A DNA stretch of 20,000 bases from IMG/VR virus record IMGVR_UViG_3300006213_000874. One strand, written 5' to 3'. Source of the DNA: an uncultured virus (IMG/VR IMGVR_UViG_3300006213_000874). Taxonomy: Duplodnaviria; Heunggongvirae; Uroviricota; Caudoviricetes. Positions 7,901-16,095 of the stretch are shown here, piece by piece (position 1 is the stretch's first letter; each line of letters opens with the position of its first letter). Made by a program: the position numbers and the translations under genes. A model generated the notes under the pieces. The model was given only the letters and a program-made list of their open reading frames with translations, did not search any database and was not told the origin of the DNA.

Positions 7901-10900
7901 AAAACAGCACTGTTGAAACCTATATCAAAATTTTTTACGGCAACCCTGATTCCGTCTATTACGGGACTTTTTTCAACGGTCGGAAGTGCATTTGGACTTT
8001 CTGGAAGTGCGGCGGTAGCGGCAGGTGGAGGAGTCGTTGTTGCCGGAATCGTCACGGCTGTTGCGACGATAAAAGACCTCTGGGGCACGTCCGAAATTTT
8101 CAGAAAATCTGTATTGGATGCCTTCGATAAAATAAAGAAAAGCGTTTCTGATGCTTTTGAAAAAGTATCGGGAGCGGTAAAACCTCTGATTGATGCATTT
8201 GGAGAACTTGGAAAAGCACTTTCAGACTTTTATCAGAAAGGCCCTTTAAAACCGATAGTTGAGCTGCTTGCAAGCCTTGCCGTAACGCTGGGTGGTGCAG
8301 TAATATCAACAGCGATAGACGTTATATCTGATGCGTTTTCCGCCCTTGCAAACGTTCTGACGGGGGCTGTTGAAGTTATAACAGGCGTCTTGGAGGCACT
8401 TAACGGAATTATTCATCTTGATTTTGACATGGCAATAAGCGGAGCCGCAAAAGCCGCGAAAGGAATACTTGATGCGTTTTCTGGAATTTTAGGAGGAATA
8501 ATAAACGCCGGAGTTGATATTGTAAAAGGTCTGCTGAAAGGAATTTTAAGTGGATTTTCCAATATTGGCAGCTGGCTTAAAAAGAATATATTTGACCCGT
8601 TTATTAATGCGTTCAAGAATATTTTCGGAATCCATTCTCCATCAACAGTAATGGCAGAACAAGGCAGATTTTTAATACAAGGCCTGCTAAATGGAATATC
8701 CGGCATGATTGGCAAAGTTACCAAGCTGTTTGCAGATATAAAAAACAGTATCGCAAGAGTATGGGGCGAAGCAAAAAAGAACACAACCGAAGCGTGGAAC
8801 ACAATATCAAACAAAGTCAGCGAAACGTGGGGAAACATGAAGTCCTGGGCGTCGGAAAAGTTTTCTGCTATAAAAAATTCGGTTACGGGCGCATGGGACA
8901 AGGCAAAAGAAAAAACCGTAAGCGCATGGACAACAATATCAAATAAGATAAGCGAAACCTGGAACAACATAAAGTCTTGGGCGTCGGAAAAGTTCAATGC
9001 GGCAAAGAAATCCATAAGCGATGCATGGGAAAGCGCGAAGTCCAAGACAACAAGCACGTGGAGCACGATTTCTTCAAAGTTGAGCAGTACATGGAACAAC
9101 ATAAAAACATGGGCATCTGATAAGTTTTCAAGTGCAAAAAATTCAATAGTAAATGCATGGAATACCGCAAAAACAAAGACACAGAGTACATGGGACACAA
9201 TCAAAAACAAAATATCGAGCGTCTGGAAAAACATAAAGTCAACCATATCGGGGGCGCTGACCGGAGAAGGAGGCATAGCAGGAAAACTGTCATCCGCATG
9301 GTCGAACATCAAAAGCACGGCATCAAAAATGTGGAAACAGATTGCTGACAGCATCTTAAGCCCGATTAAAAAAGCAATAGACGGTGTGAAAAATGGGATT
9401 AACTGGGTTCTGGAAAAGGTCGGGGCTAAAAAGAGCGTGATTAAAGGAAGCCCGAAATATGCTAAAGGCTCCAATGGAATCCCAGAAGACACGTTTGGCA
9501 TAGTCAACGACCAGAAAGGCTCCACATACCGCGAACTAATCGTACCGCCGCACGGAAAGCCGTTCATCCCAAAAGGACGAAACGTCATGCTTCCGCTTGA
9601 AAAAGGAACAAAAATCATGCCCGCAATGGAAACCAAGCGTTTTATTGGCGGGCTTCCTCATTTTGAGGGCGGAATAGGCGATTTTATCGGCGGCGCATGG
9701 GAGAAAGTAAAAAACTTTACTGGACAGATATGGGATTATATTTCAGAGCCGAAAAAGATTGTCCAGATTGCCATAGATAAATTCACGAGCATGACGGGCA
9801 TTTTGGAACCTATGCTATCAATCGCAAAAGGGGCAGTAAGCACGATCGCGGACGGAGCGACCAGTTTTGTCAAGAAAATATTTGACGAAGAACTAAAGGT
9901 TGACTACAAAGTCGGCGCAGGCGTGCAGCAATGGGCTGGACTTGCAGCAAAAGCCTTGCAGATAACAGGACAGTATTCAGCCGCCAACCTCTCCTATCTT
10001 TTGCAGCAGATGCAACATGAGTCAAGTGGAAATCCGATGTCCATAAACCTATGGGATTCAAATGCAAAAAAGGGAACTCCATCCAAGGGATTGATGCAGG
10101 TGATTGACCCCACATTCCAGTCTTACGCAAAACCTCCATATAACAAGAACATTTATGATCCGTTATCGAACATTATTGCTTCTATAAGGTATTCGTTGGC
10201 AAAATACGGAAGTCTTTATAACGCATGGGCCAAAAGAGGATTTATAGGATATGAGTCCGGAATTGGAAAAATAACCATATCGGATATCATACCGGGATAC
10301 GCAAACGGCGGGTTCCCAGAATCCGGGCAACTATTTATGGCAAGGGAAAACGGATCGCCGGAAATGGTAGGAAAAATCGGGAGCCGGACGGTGGTGGCAA
10401 ACAACGAACAGATTACGGACGCGGTGGCAAAGGCAATTGCGGAAAAGATGAATGAAACAACGGACGAATTTGGAAAGATCATGAACCAACTTTTGAAAAA
10501 GATGGAAAAAATCTTTCTATCCGCGTCCGAACAAAAAGGTGTTGACCGAAAGTCTTTATACTTTGTGGCAGACAGACTTATTGCCAACATCAAAGATTCC
10601 TTTTCTTCGATAACAAATGAGTTTTTAAAAACCGGAACAATTTCTGACAACGAAGTACAATCGTTACTAGAAAAAACCGCGCAAATAATAGAAAAAGGCA
10701 GGCAAGACAACCAAGAAAACGCCGACGCGCTGAGTTTGATATACAAAAGCATATCATCAAATTCGGTGGATGCATTTAACGCTATGAATGAAGCTGCAAG
10801 CGCATATAGAAAATATGCAGAAAGCGCGAAAAAAGAAACAAAAAGAAAAGAAGAAATAGATATAGAAATAAATACAGACGTAAAAGAAGAAAGTGTTTAC

Positions 10901-11803
10901 GATGCGGCAAAAAGCGTCATGGATGGAATGCGAGACGGAATGGATAAATATGTTTCAGAAATGGAACAATGGGTAAATTCTGTTAGAGAATCAACGCAAG
11001 AATGGTTTTCGATGGTTGGAGATGGAATTTATGTTTATGGGCAGGAGGCTTCTGACGGATATGGAGATGGGATATATGACGGATATGAAGATGTGGTAAA
11101 TTCGGCGGAATCAGTTGCAAGCGGAGCAGAAAGTGCGTTTTCTGGAACAGAAGAGGAGGTTCAAATAGATGGCGTGAATATTGTTTCTGGACTTCAAAGT
11201 GGAATGGAAGAAAGGTGGGGAGAGCTTTTAGAATGGATCGCTGAAAAAAAAGAAGAATTAACGCTAAGTCTTTCGGAATTAGAAGAAGCAATGATGCCGG
11301 TTGGCGAGGGGATTATCAACGGACTGGCGCATGGCATGGAATCGATGTGGTATTCCGTAGAAGAGTGGGCAAAGAAAATAGAAGATACATTTTCTTCTGC
11401 CAAAAGCACGGAAAAGAATATGGAATACTTGCAAAGTGTAGCAACAAAAATTGCAGATAGCGCAGAAATTACAGGAAAAGATAAAACGGGATCTTTGGAT
11501 AAACAAAAGTACAAAATAGCGGACCTTACACAAATTACAAAAAATAATAGCGTCGGGAAAGTCGTAGATCTTCGTGAGTACAACAAGAAAACAAATTATT
11601 CTGGAACAGACGTAAAAAACCAGAACGCAAGGGACATGTCTGTGAGCATGATTACAGCAATAAACCAGGCAATTGTGCCTGCGCTACAAAAGATAGGAAA
11701 TACGACCGTTGAATTAAAAGGGGATGCAAAAGGGTTGTTTGATGCGGTAGTAAAAGAAAACAGCAAATATAAAACGATAACCGGAGCATCCGCAATGCGG
11801 TAA
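4928..11803 (+). CDS. Phage tail tape measure protein (2291 aa) with a lytic transglycosylase (SLT) domain
   Basis: RBS AAGGCGGTG and ATG 4928 (MAEIDSLEIQITA); TMP core SDLTEVQNVVDVAFG..LAADMASFYN..PLRKYG..DFART; hydrophobic middle; HSPS motif; 11-residue Trp periodicity; SLT motifs QHESSGN..GTPSKGLMQVIDPTF..DPLSNIIASIRY. Confidence 0.95.
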   Translation: MAEIDSLEIQITASSRAAATAIDALNRKLGTLANSLNFDAPGLEKLDKIHGDNIKNLGTGLNALGKGLQSIQSIRRIDFGKIATDVRRLSNIQSGNLQTLGNAMRPLADGINALSKAKVDNSNLTNLINSLTRLSNANLSNLNGANFTQLGTSIKDFANAVSGANKVEQSTIAMTNAVAKLAAAGKNIGKVTGALPHLANSLKAFMNTMHEAPQVANETITFAQAIGTLASAGDKTKATASNLKQLGTELKNFMQTMSAAPNVSDSVIRMTTALSGLVNQGGRVTLSSNSLSSSFSRVSGMSGRLRTNFRNLTGSMSGLSGATSKTASSLKGFLRQLMSATGVYFSIYGAIRGLKSAIDISSDLTEVQNVVDVAFGDMAYKVEEFAKVSVKDFGMSELTTKEIAGRFQAMSTAIGVSADKIGQANTFLSGQTKGYVAVSDSMADVSINLTKLAADMASFYNVEQTDVAKSLESIFTGTTAPLRKYGLDLTQATLSEWALKQGLDADISSMSQAEKTMLRYQYVLSNTKAAQGDFARTADSWANQTRVLAQQFEILASVIGGVFINAFKPVVKTLNAVMAKVISFAKTVADALGTIFGWTFEVNPGGITNDFGDMSSGIEDVADSAGDAADKVKDTTDEVKDLKANLQGIDKLHVISLDKDKDKGKDKGTGKDKDKGDGIGGIGGLDTNLFETKSVLKKYKSSIDTLYKLGEYIGKTLTKALNSINWDKVYAAADNFGIGLAQFLNGLISPELFAAVGRTIAGALNTALHVLDNFGATFDWKNLGDSLSAGLVAFLKGIDWETALSAAANWGTGIATTLNSFISPESFGLVGESIAKALNTAVQFALSFGQEFDWTNFGESLATGVNEFFRNFNFENLAEAINVWAKGILDTMITFLDKTEWYMIGERIGTFLAELDFAEIGGKIGQAIWKAINAGIELFKGMFSKAPIEAAIIAAFAALKLTGAGSIIAGGIAKALSSTKAKISTAITKVLKTALLKPISKFFTATLIPSITGLFSTVGSAFGLSGSAAVAAGGGVVVAGIVTAVATIKDLWGTSEIFRKSVLDAFDKIKKSVSDAFEKVSGAVKPLIDAFGELGKALSDFYQKGPLKPIVELLASLAVTLGGAVISTAIDVISDAFSALANVLTGAVEVITGVLEALNGIIHLDFDMAISGAAKAAKGILDAFSGILGGIINAGVDIVKGLLKGILSGFSNIGSWLKKNIFDPFINAFKNIFGIHSPSTVMAEQGRFLIQGLLNGISGMIGKVTKLFADIKNSIARVWGEAKKNTTEAWNTISNKVSETWGNMKSWASEKFSAIKNSVTGAWDKAKEKTVSAWTTISNKISETWNNIKSWASEKFNAAKKSISDAWESAKSKTTSTWSTISSKLSSTWNNIKTWASDKFSSAKNSIVNAWNTAKTKTQSTWDTIKNKISSVWKNIKSTISGALTGEGGIAGKLSSAWSNIKSTASKMWKQIADSILSPIKKAIDGVKNGINWVLEKVGAKKSVIKGSPKYAKGSNGIPEDTFGIVNDQKGSTYRELIVPPHGKPFIPKGRNVMLPLEKGTKIMPAMETKRFIGGLPHFEGGIGDFIGGAWEKVKNFTGQIWDYISEPKKIVQIAIDKFTSMTGILEPMLSIAKGAVSTIADGATSFVKKIFDEELKVDYKVGAGVQQWAGLAAKALQITGQYSAANLSYLLQQMQHESSGNPMSINLWDSNAKKGTPSKGLMQVIDPTFQSYAKPPYNKNIYDPLSNIIASIRYSLAKYGSLYNAWAKRGFIGYESGIGKITISDIIPGYANGGFPESGQLFMARENGSPEMVGKIGSRTVVANNEQITDAVAKAIAEKMNETTDEFGKIMNQLLKKMEKIFLSASEQKGVDRKSLYFVADRLIANIKDSFSSITNEFLKTGTISDNEVQSLLEKTAQIIEKGRQDNQENADALSLIYKSISSNSVDAFNAMNEAASAYRKYAESAKKETKRKEEIDIEINTDVKEESVYDAAKSVMDGMRDGMDKYVSEMEQWVNSVRESTQEWFSMVGDGIYVYGQEASDGYGDGIYDGYEDVVNSAESVASGAESAFSGTEEEVQIDGVNIVSGLQSGMEERWGELLEWIAEKKEELTLSLSELEEAMMPVGEGIINGLAHGMESMWYSVEEWAKKIEDTFSSAKSTEKNMEYLQSVATKIADSAEITGKDKTGSLDKQKYKIADLTQITKNNSVGKVVDLREYNKKTNYSGTDVKNQNARDMSVSMITAINQAIVPALQKIGNTTVELKGDAKGLFDAVVKENSKYKTITGASAMR
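8760..9340 (+). repeat. 132-bp (44-aa, 4x11) degenerate tandem repeats in the TMP
   Basis: (E/S)TWxN(I/M)KxWASxKF units start at 8822, 8954 and 9086. Confidence 0.85.
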
Positions 11804-11809
11804 AAAGGG

Positions 11810-12223
11810 GTGATGCGATTGCCGGGAAAATACAAAGGCTGGGACATTAAAATGCCGAAAGGCATTGTCCCAGCCAAATTTATTATGGGATTCAAAGAAA
11901 CACCTGACGCTCTTATGGATTTAGACCCACGACGGACAGGGGAGGGACTTTTGATTAGAAATGTGCTTCCTTATGTGGCAACCACAATAGATATAACGTT
12001 TGTCCCAATGTCCATGTCGGAAAAAATGGAGCTGCAAGAATATTTTCCGCCGTCTGTATATGTAAAAGCTCCGGTAACATACTGGAACGAAAAGCACAAC
12101 GATTATTTTACAGGAGATTTTTATATACCGGAAATACCGTGGGAAAGATATGTGGACTGCTATAACGAACCTATCTACATAGCTACTCCAATACAGCTCA
12201 TAGGGTATGGTGAAAAACGATGA
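11810..12223 (+). CDS. Putative distal tail (Dit-like) protein
   Basis: Directly follows the TMP; 137 aa; ..RTGEGLLIRNVL..VTYWNE..YFTGDFY..IQLIGY pattern typical of this position. Confidence 0.65.
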   Translation: MMRLPGKYKGWDIKMPKGIVPAKFIMGFKETPDALMDLDPRRTGEGLLIRNVLPYVATTIDITFVPMSMSEKMELQEYFPPSVYVKAPVTYWNEKHNDYFTGDFYIPEIPWERYVDCYNEPIYIATPIQLIGYGEKR

Positions 12224-14673
12224 TTAATGTAAGCGATAAAGTCAGGGAACTGTACAAGACGGACAGAGTCCCGATACGCAAAGAGCCGATCACAAAAAAA
12301 CTGTATATCAGGATTCTGGAAACCGGAACCGTCATAAGCGACGCGGACATGGAACTGGAAAACTTTACGCTTGAGGAAAGTATATGTAGCGCAGGCGAAA
12401 TAGTTTTCGGTTCCTGTGAAGCGTCGTTCGTTTCGTTCGCTGTATACCAGACAGTCGAGGATTTGTCCAGTAAGACCGTCCGTATCTGGCAGACTATAAA
12501 CGGAAATGAGGTTCCGTTTGGAACATACAAGGTTGCAACAGTGACAAAACGGGACGGCGACCCAAGGTGGAAAGACATAACCGCCTACGACAGAATGCCC
12601 GAACTTGACCGGGACGCTACGGCGTGGTTTACGGATTTCTGGAACAGGCATACGGTATCTACGATAAAAGAGTTCCGGCTGTCGTTTTTTGGGTTTATGG
12701 GGTTCGATATAGTGGAACAGACGCTTATAAACGACCACATGGAGATTAAAAAGACCATAGACCCGGAATTTATAAAGGCAAGATACATTGCCCAGAAGAT
12801 CGGCGAGATCAATGCGAGTTTCGGTCATTTTACAAGAGAGAATAAATTTAAGTACATTGATATAGGATCTCTTGCTCTATATCCAGCGGAAGACCTGTAC
12901 CCGTCAGAAGATTTATTCCCGTCTGAGTCAACCGAAATTTTGTCCGGGGATTCTGCTATGCTGTATTTTGCGGACGAGAGCCATTACGAAGATTACTATG
13001 TGCGAGCGATAGATAGCGTGCAGATTAAGGATTCTGATGGGAGCGCGGGAATTATAGTTGGAGAGGAAAATAAAAACCCTTACATTATACACAGCAATTT
13101 CTTTGCATTTGGAAAAAGCGAACAGGAATTAAGGAATATTGCGAAAACATTTCTTTGGTCAGTTAAACGAAAGTTTTATATACCAAACACGACAAGCATG
13201 ATCGGCCTGCCTTATTTAGAGGTTGGGGATTCTGTAACTATCATGTTAGAACAAGACGCAATAGAGTCGTTTATATTTCAGAGACGAATGACTGGGATAC
13301 ATGCATTAAAAGATGAAATCACGGCAAAGGGAAACGAATATAGGAAAAACGATATAGACGACGGCGCGGAACTGATGCAGCTAAAATCCAAGATGGACAA
13401 TGTAGTGGCAGACACAGATCAAAAACTGGAAGATCTTTCGGATGATATGGATGGCAAACTGGAAGATCTGTCTGATGATGTGGACGGAAAAATAGGAGAT
13501 GTAAATGTAAAAATAGGAGATTTGAAAATTTCTTTGCAACAAACCAACGAGGGACTTTCTGCAGAAATTACAAGAGCAAAGGGAGAAGAAGCAAAACTAA
13601 GCAGCCAAATCATTATGACTGTAAACGAAATCAAACTTGCAGTCAGCGAGACATATCAGACGAAGTCGGATGCAAGCAGCCAATATGCGCACCTTGAATC
13701 CTCCATACAACTGACAGCCCAGGACATTACATCTACGGTCAGCGCAACATATGAAACTAAGAGCGCTGCAAGCGCAAGCTACGCAAACCTGTCTTCTCAG
13801 ATTGTACAGACAGCAAACAGTATTACATCTACGGTCAGCGCAACATATGAGACAAAAAGCAATGCAGGAAGTTATTATCAGAGTTTTCAGTCGCAGATAA
13901 CACAGACAGCCGACCAGATCAGCACAAAGGTTTCTGCTGGAGATGTGCAAAGTTTGATTGAGCAAAATGCAGATTCAATAAGGCTTAAGGCGGGGAAAAT
14001 TGTTGTAGACTCCACTTATTTTAAGGTGGACATGTACGGGAACATAGATGCAAAAAGCGGGAAAATTGCTGGATTTACCATAGACAATGGCGGATTTTCG
14101 TCTCCAAATGGAAGCACAACAATATACCACAACATAGTATATACGAGTGAATTAAGGCCGGGGAGTGGGATTAGTGATTTTATTATAGGAAATTACGGAA
14201 CCTTAACCAGCATATACGGAAGCAATGTAAAACTGACCGGGAATGTATACATGCCAACGGTATATTCAAATAACACGACAGCAGATCCAAACATGCACAT
14301 AACAAGCACAGGATACTTAAATACAAAGGGTGGATCTTCCAGAAAATGGAAACACGGAATAGGGGAAATAAAATCAGAAGAGATACATCATCACAAAATA
14401 TATAAAACTCGAACATGTGAGTTTATATATAATGATGATTATATATCTATTCAGGATTGCCGAAGAGGGAAGAAAATACCAGGGTTCGTAATTGAAGATC
14501 TTGAAGAAGACTATCCGATAGCGGTTGATTATGATGAAAACGGAAATCTTTCCACATGGTCGCCTAGCATGTTCATTGCTCCGTTTGTAGAACTTCATAA
14601 AGAGCATCATGCAGATATAGAAGAAATAAAAAATATATTAAATAAAATTATCAAAAAAATAGGAGGTGTTTAA
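12220..14673 (+). CDS. Tail tip/spike protein: baseplate hub N-terminus, coiled-coil repeats, C-terminal intramolecular-chaperone (peptidase S74-like) domain
   Basis: ATGA overlap; GLPYLEVGD hub motif; LYPAEDLYPSEDLFP; repeated SQIxQTAxxIxSxV; C-terminal SSRKWKHGI..F.Y..GFVIEDLEE.YP.AV followed by a coiled coil. Confidence 0.8.
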   Translation: MINVSDKVRELYKTDRVPIRKEPITKKLYIRILETGTVISDADMELENFTLEESICSAGEIVFGSCEASFVSFAVYQTVEDLSSKTVRIWQTINGNEVPFGTYKVATVTKRDGDPRWKDITAYDRMPELDRDATAWFTDFWNRHTVSTIKEFRLSFFGFMGFDIVEQTLINDHMEIKKTIDPEFIKARYIAQKIGEINASFGHFTRENKFKYIDIGSLALYPAEDLYPSEDLFPSESTEILSGDSAMLYFADESHYEDYYVRAIDSVQIKDSDGSAGIIVGEENKNPYIIHSNFFAFGKSEQELRNIAKTFLWSVKRKFYIPNTTSMIGLPYLEVGDSVTIMLEQDAIESFIFQRRMTGIHALKDEITAKGNEYRKNDIDDGAELMQLKSKMDNVVADTDQKLEDLSDDMDGKLEDLSDDVDGKIGDVNVKIGDLKISLQQTNEGLSAEITRAKGEEAKLSSQIIMTVNEIKLAVSETYQTKSDASSQYAHLESSIQLTAQDITSTVSATYETKSAASASYANLSSQIVQTANSITSTVSATYETKSNAGSYYQSFQSQITQTADQISTKVSAGDVQSLIEQNADSIRLKAGKIVVDSTYFKVDMYGNIDAKSGKIAGFTIDNGGFSSPNGSTTIYHNIVYTSELRPGSGISDFIIGNYGTLTSIYGSNVKLTGNVYMPTVYSNNTTADPNMHITSTGYLNTKGGSSRKWKHGIGEIKSEEIHHHKIYKTRTCEFIYNDDYISIQDCRRGKKIPGFVIEDLEEDYPIAVDYDENGNLSTWSPSMFIAPFVELHKEHHADIEEIKNILNKIIKKIGGV
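13600..13935 (+). repeat. 96-bp (32-aa) tandem repeats in the tail protein
   Basis: ATTACATCTACGGTCAGCGCAACATATGA is identical at 13726-13754 and 13822-13850; about 3.5 degenerate units. Confidence 0.85.
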
Positions 14674-14675
14674 AT

Positions 14676-14969
14676 ATGCTAGATAATGTTGTTATTTCAA
14701 TTAACGTGTCTGCAAAATCTATTAGAAAAAACGAATCCGGAGAGCGGGAAGAGTGCGCAAGGTTCGGATCAAGCATAGCGATAGATGGGAGTTGGAACAC
14801 GAACAAGTCTGTCAATCCGGAAGCGTATCAATCAAATAAGGAAGAAACTAGATCTGATTTTGCGAAGTTTGAAGAAAGCGTGGAGGAGTTTTCGGGGGAT
14901 ATTTTCCCGGCACTAAACTCATTGGTGGAAAAATTCAAAAAAGAGCTTGAACGGGAAATTGCCAAATAG
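14676..14969 (+). CDS. Small hypothetical tail-module protein
   Basis: RBS AGGAGGTG; 97 aa; tightly packed between tail genes. Confidence 0.75.
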   Translation: MLDNVVISINVSAKSIRKNESGEREECARFGSSIAIDGSWNTNKSVNPEAYQSNKEETRSDFAKFEESVEEFSGDIFPALNSLVEKFKKELEREIAK

Positions 14970-14985
14970 ATAGGAGTTGGTTTTT

Positions 14986-16095
14986 ATGGACAAGGCTTAC
15001 ACAAGGATACATTGGGAAAATAGCCCAAGCACAAAAACGGCTCTTGGAGCAATGAACCTGAATCGAACGGACTATGCTATAGACGAGATTGACAACCGGG
15101 TTATGCGTCACGACAACGAAAAGGCGGACAAAACCGAAATCCTGAACCTTGTCAACGGCTGGACAATGGACGAACAGACCGGAATCATAACGGTCACGAA
15201 AGTCAATGGGGAAAGATTGATATTCGACCTGAATATCGAGAAAATACCAGTCAACTTTGAACTGTCTCCAGAGGGAATCCTAACCATGACAACCGCTGAT
15301 GGAACACGGTTTACGGCAAATATCGGCGCGATGATTCCGATGCTTGAGTTTGAAAGCACCGATACGATTGCAGTTTCTGTAACGGGAGAGGGGGTCAACA
15401 AGACATATTCCTTTTTCGTAAAAGACGGGAGCATAACAGAGGATAAGCTGCAGCCGAACTTTCTTGCGGATGTTACTGTACAGGCGGAAAACGCGTCCGC
15501 AGCAGCAACGGCGGCGGCAGATTCGGCAAGGGCAGCAAAAGATTCTGAAACCAATGCGGCACGGTCGGCGGCAGATGCAGCAGCGTCTGCACTGGCGGCA
15601 CAGGAGTCAAAGGTTGCGGCGGCAGAATCAGAAGCAGCAGCAAAGCGTTCCGAAGAAGCATCGGAAGTTTCACAACAGGCGGCAGCGGCGTCGGAAGTGG
15701 CGGCAAAGGAATCGGAAGAAGCCGCAAAACTGTCCGAAACCAATGCAGCAGAGTCCGAAACCAATGCGGCGGCATCCGAACGAACGGCACTGGAAAAAGC
15801 GGAAGAAGCGTCGGACAGCGCAGACCTGTCAAAGTCCTATGCGGTCGGAGGAACTGGAACGAGACCCGGGGAAGACACAGATAACTCGGAGTATTACAGC
15901 AATCAATCGAAAGAGTATTTAAATAAGGTAGAAACTGCTGGCGAAAACGCCCTTGAAACGATTAAAAACGCTTTAAAAGCAGCAAAACCGGAATTTGTGA
16001 CAAACGTACAGAACGGCCACCTTTATTACAAGGGCGGGCGTTTTTTCTTTCTGGTTGATGAAAACGGGCATTTGAGATGGAGGGTGATGATTTGA
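14986..16095 (+). CDS. Upper tail fibre protein with Ala/Ser/Glu coiled-coil repeats
   Basis: RBS AGGAG, ATG 14986; YTRIHWENSPSTKTALGAMNLN N-terminus; SETNAAxSE repeats at about 15480-15830; SKSYAVGGTGTRPGEDTDNSEYY motif. Confidence 0.8.
   Translation: MDKAYTRIHWENSPSTKTALGAMNLNRTDYAIDEIDNRVMRHDNEKADKTEILNLVNGWTMDEQTGIITVTKVNGERLIFDLNIEKIPVNFELSPEGILTMTTADGTRFTANIGAMIPMLEFESTDTIAVSVTGEGVNKTYSFFVKDGSITEDKLQPNFLADVTVQAENASAAATAAADSARAAKDSETNAARSAADAAASALAAQESKVAAAESEAAAKRSEEASEVSQQAAAASEVAAKESEEAAKLSETNAAESETNAAASERTALEKAEEASDSADLSKSYAVGGTGTRPGEDTDNSEYYSNQSKEYLNKVETAGENALETIKNALKAAKPEFVTNVQNGHLYYKGGRFFFLVDENGHLRWRVMI

Noticed and set aside
4954..10752. Long minus-strand ORFs opposite the TMP (e.g. 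6556..8088, 8413..9636)
   Set aside because: Antisense shadows of a long gene with biased codon usage; no RBS or recognisable motifs.
15108..15922. Alternate-frame ORFs over the Ala/Ser/Glu repeats
   Set aside because: By-products of low-complexity GCG/GCA-rich repeats.
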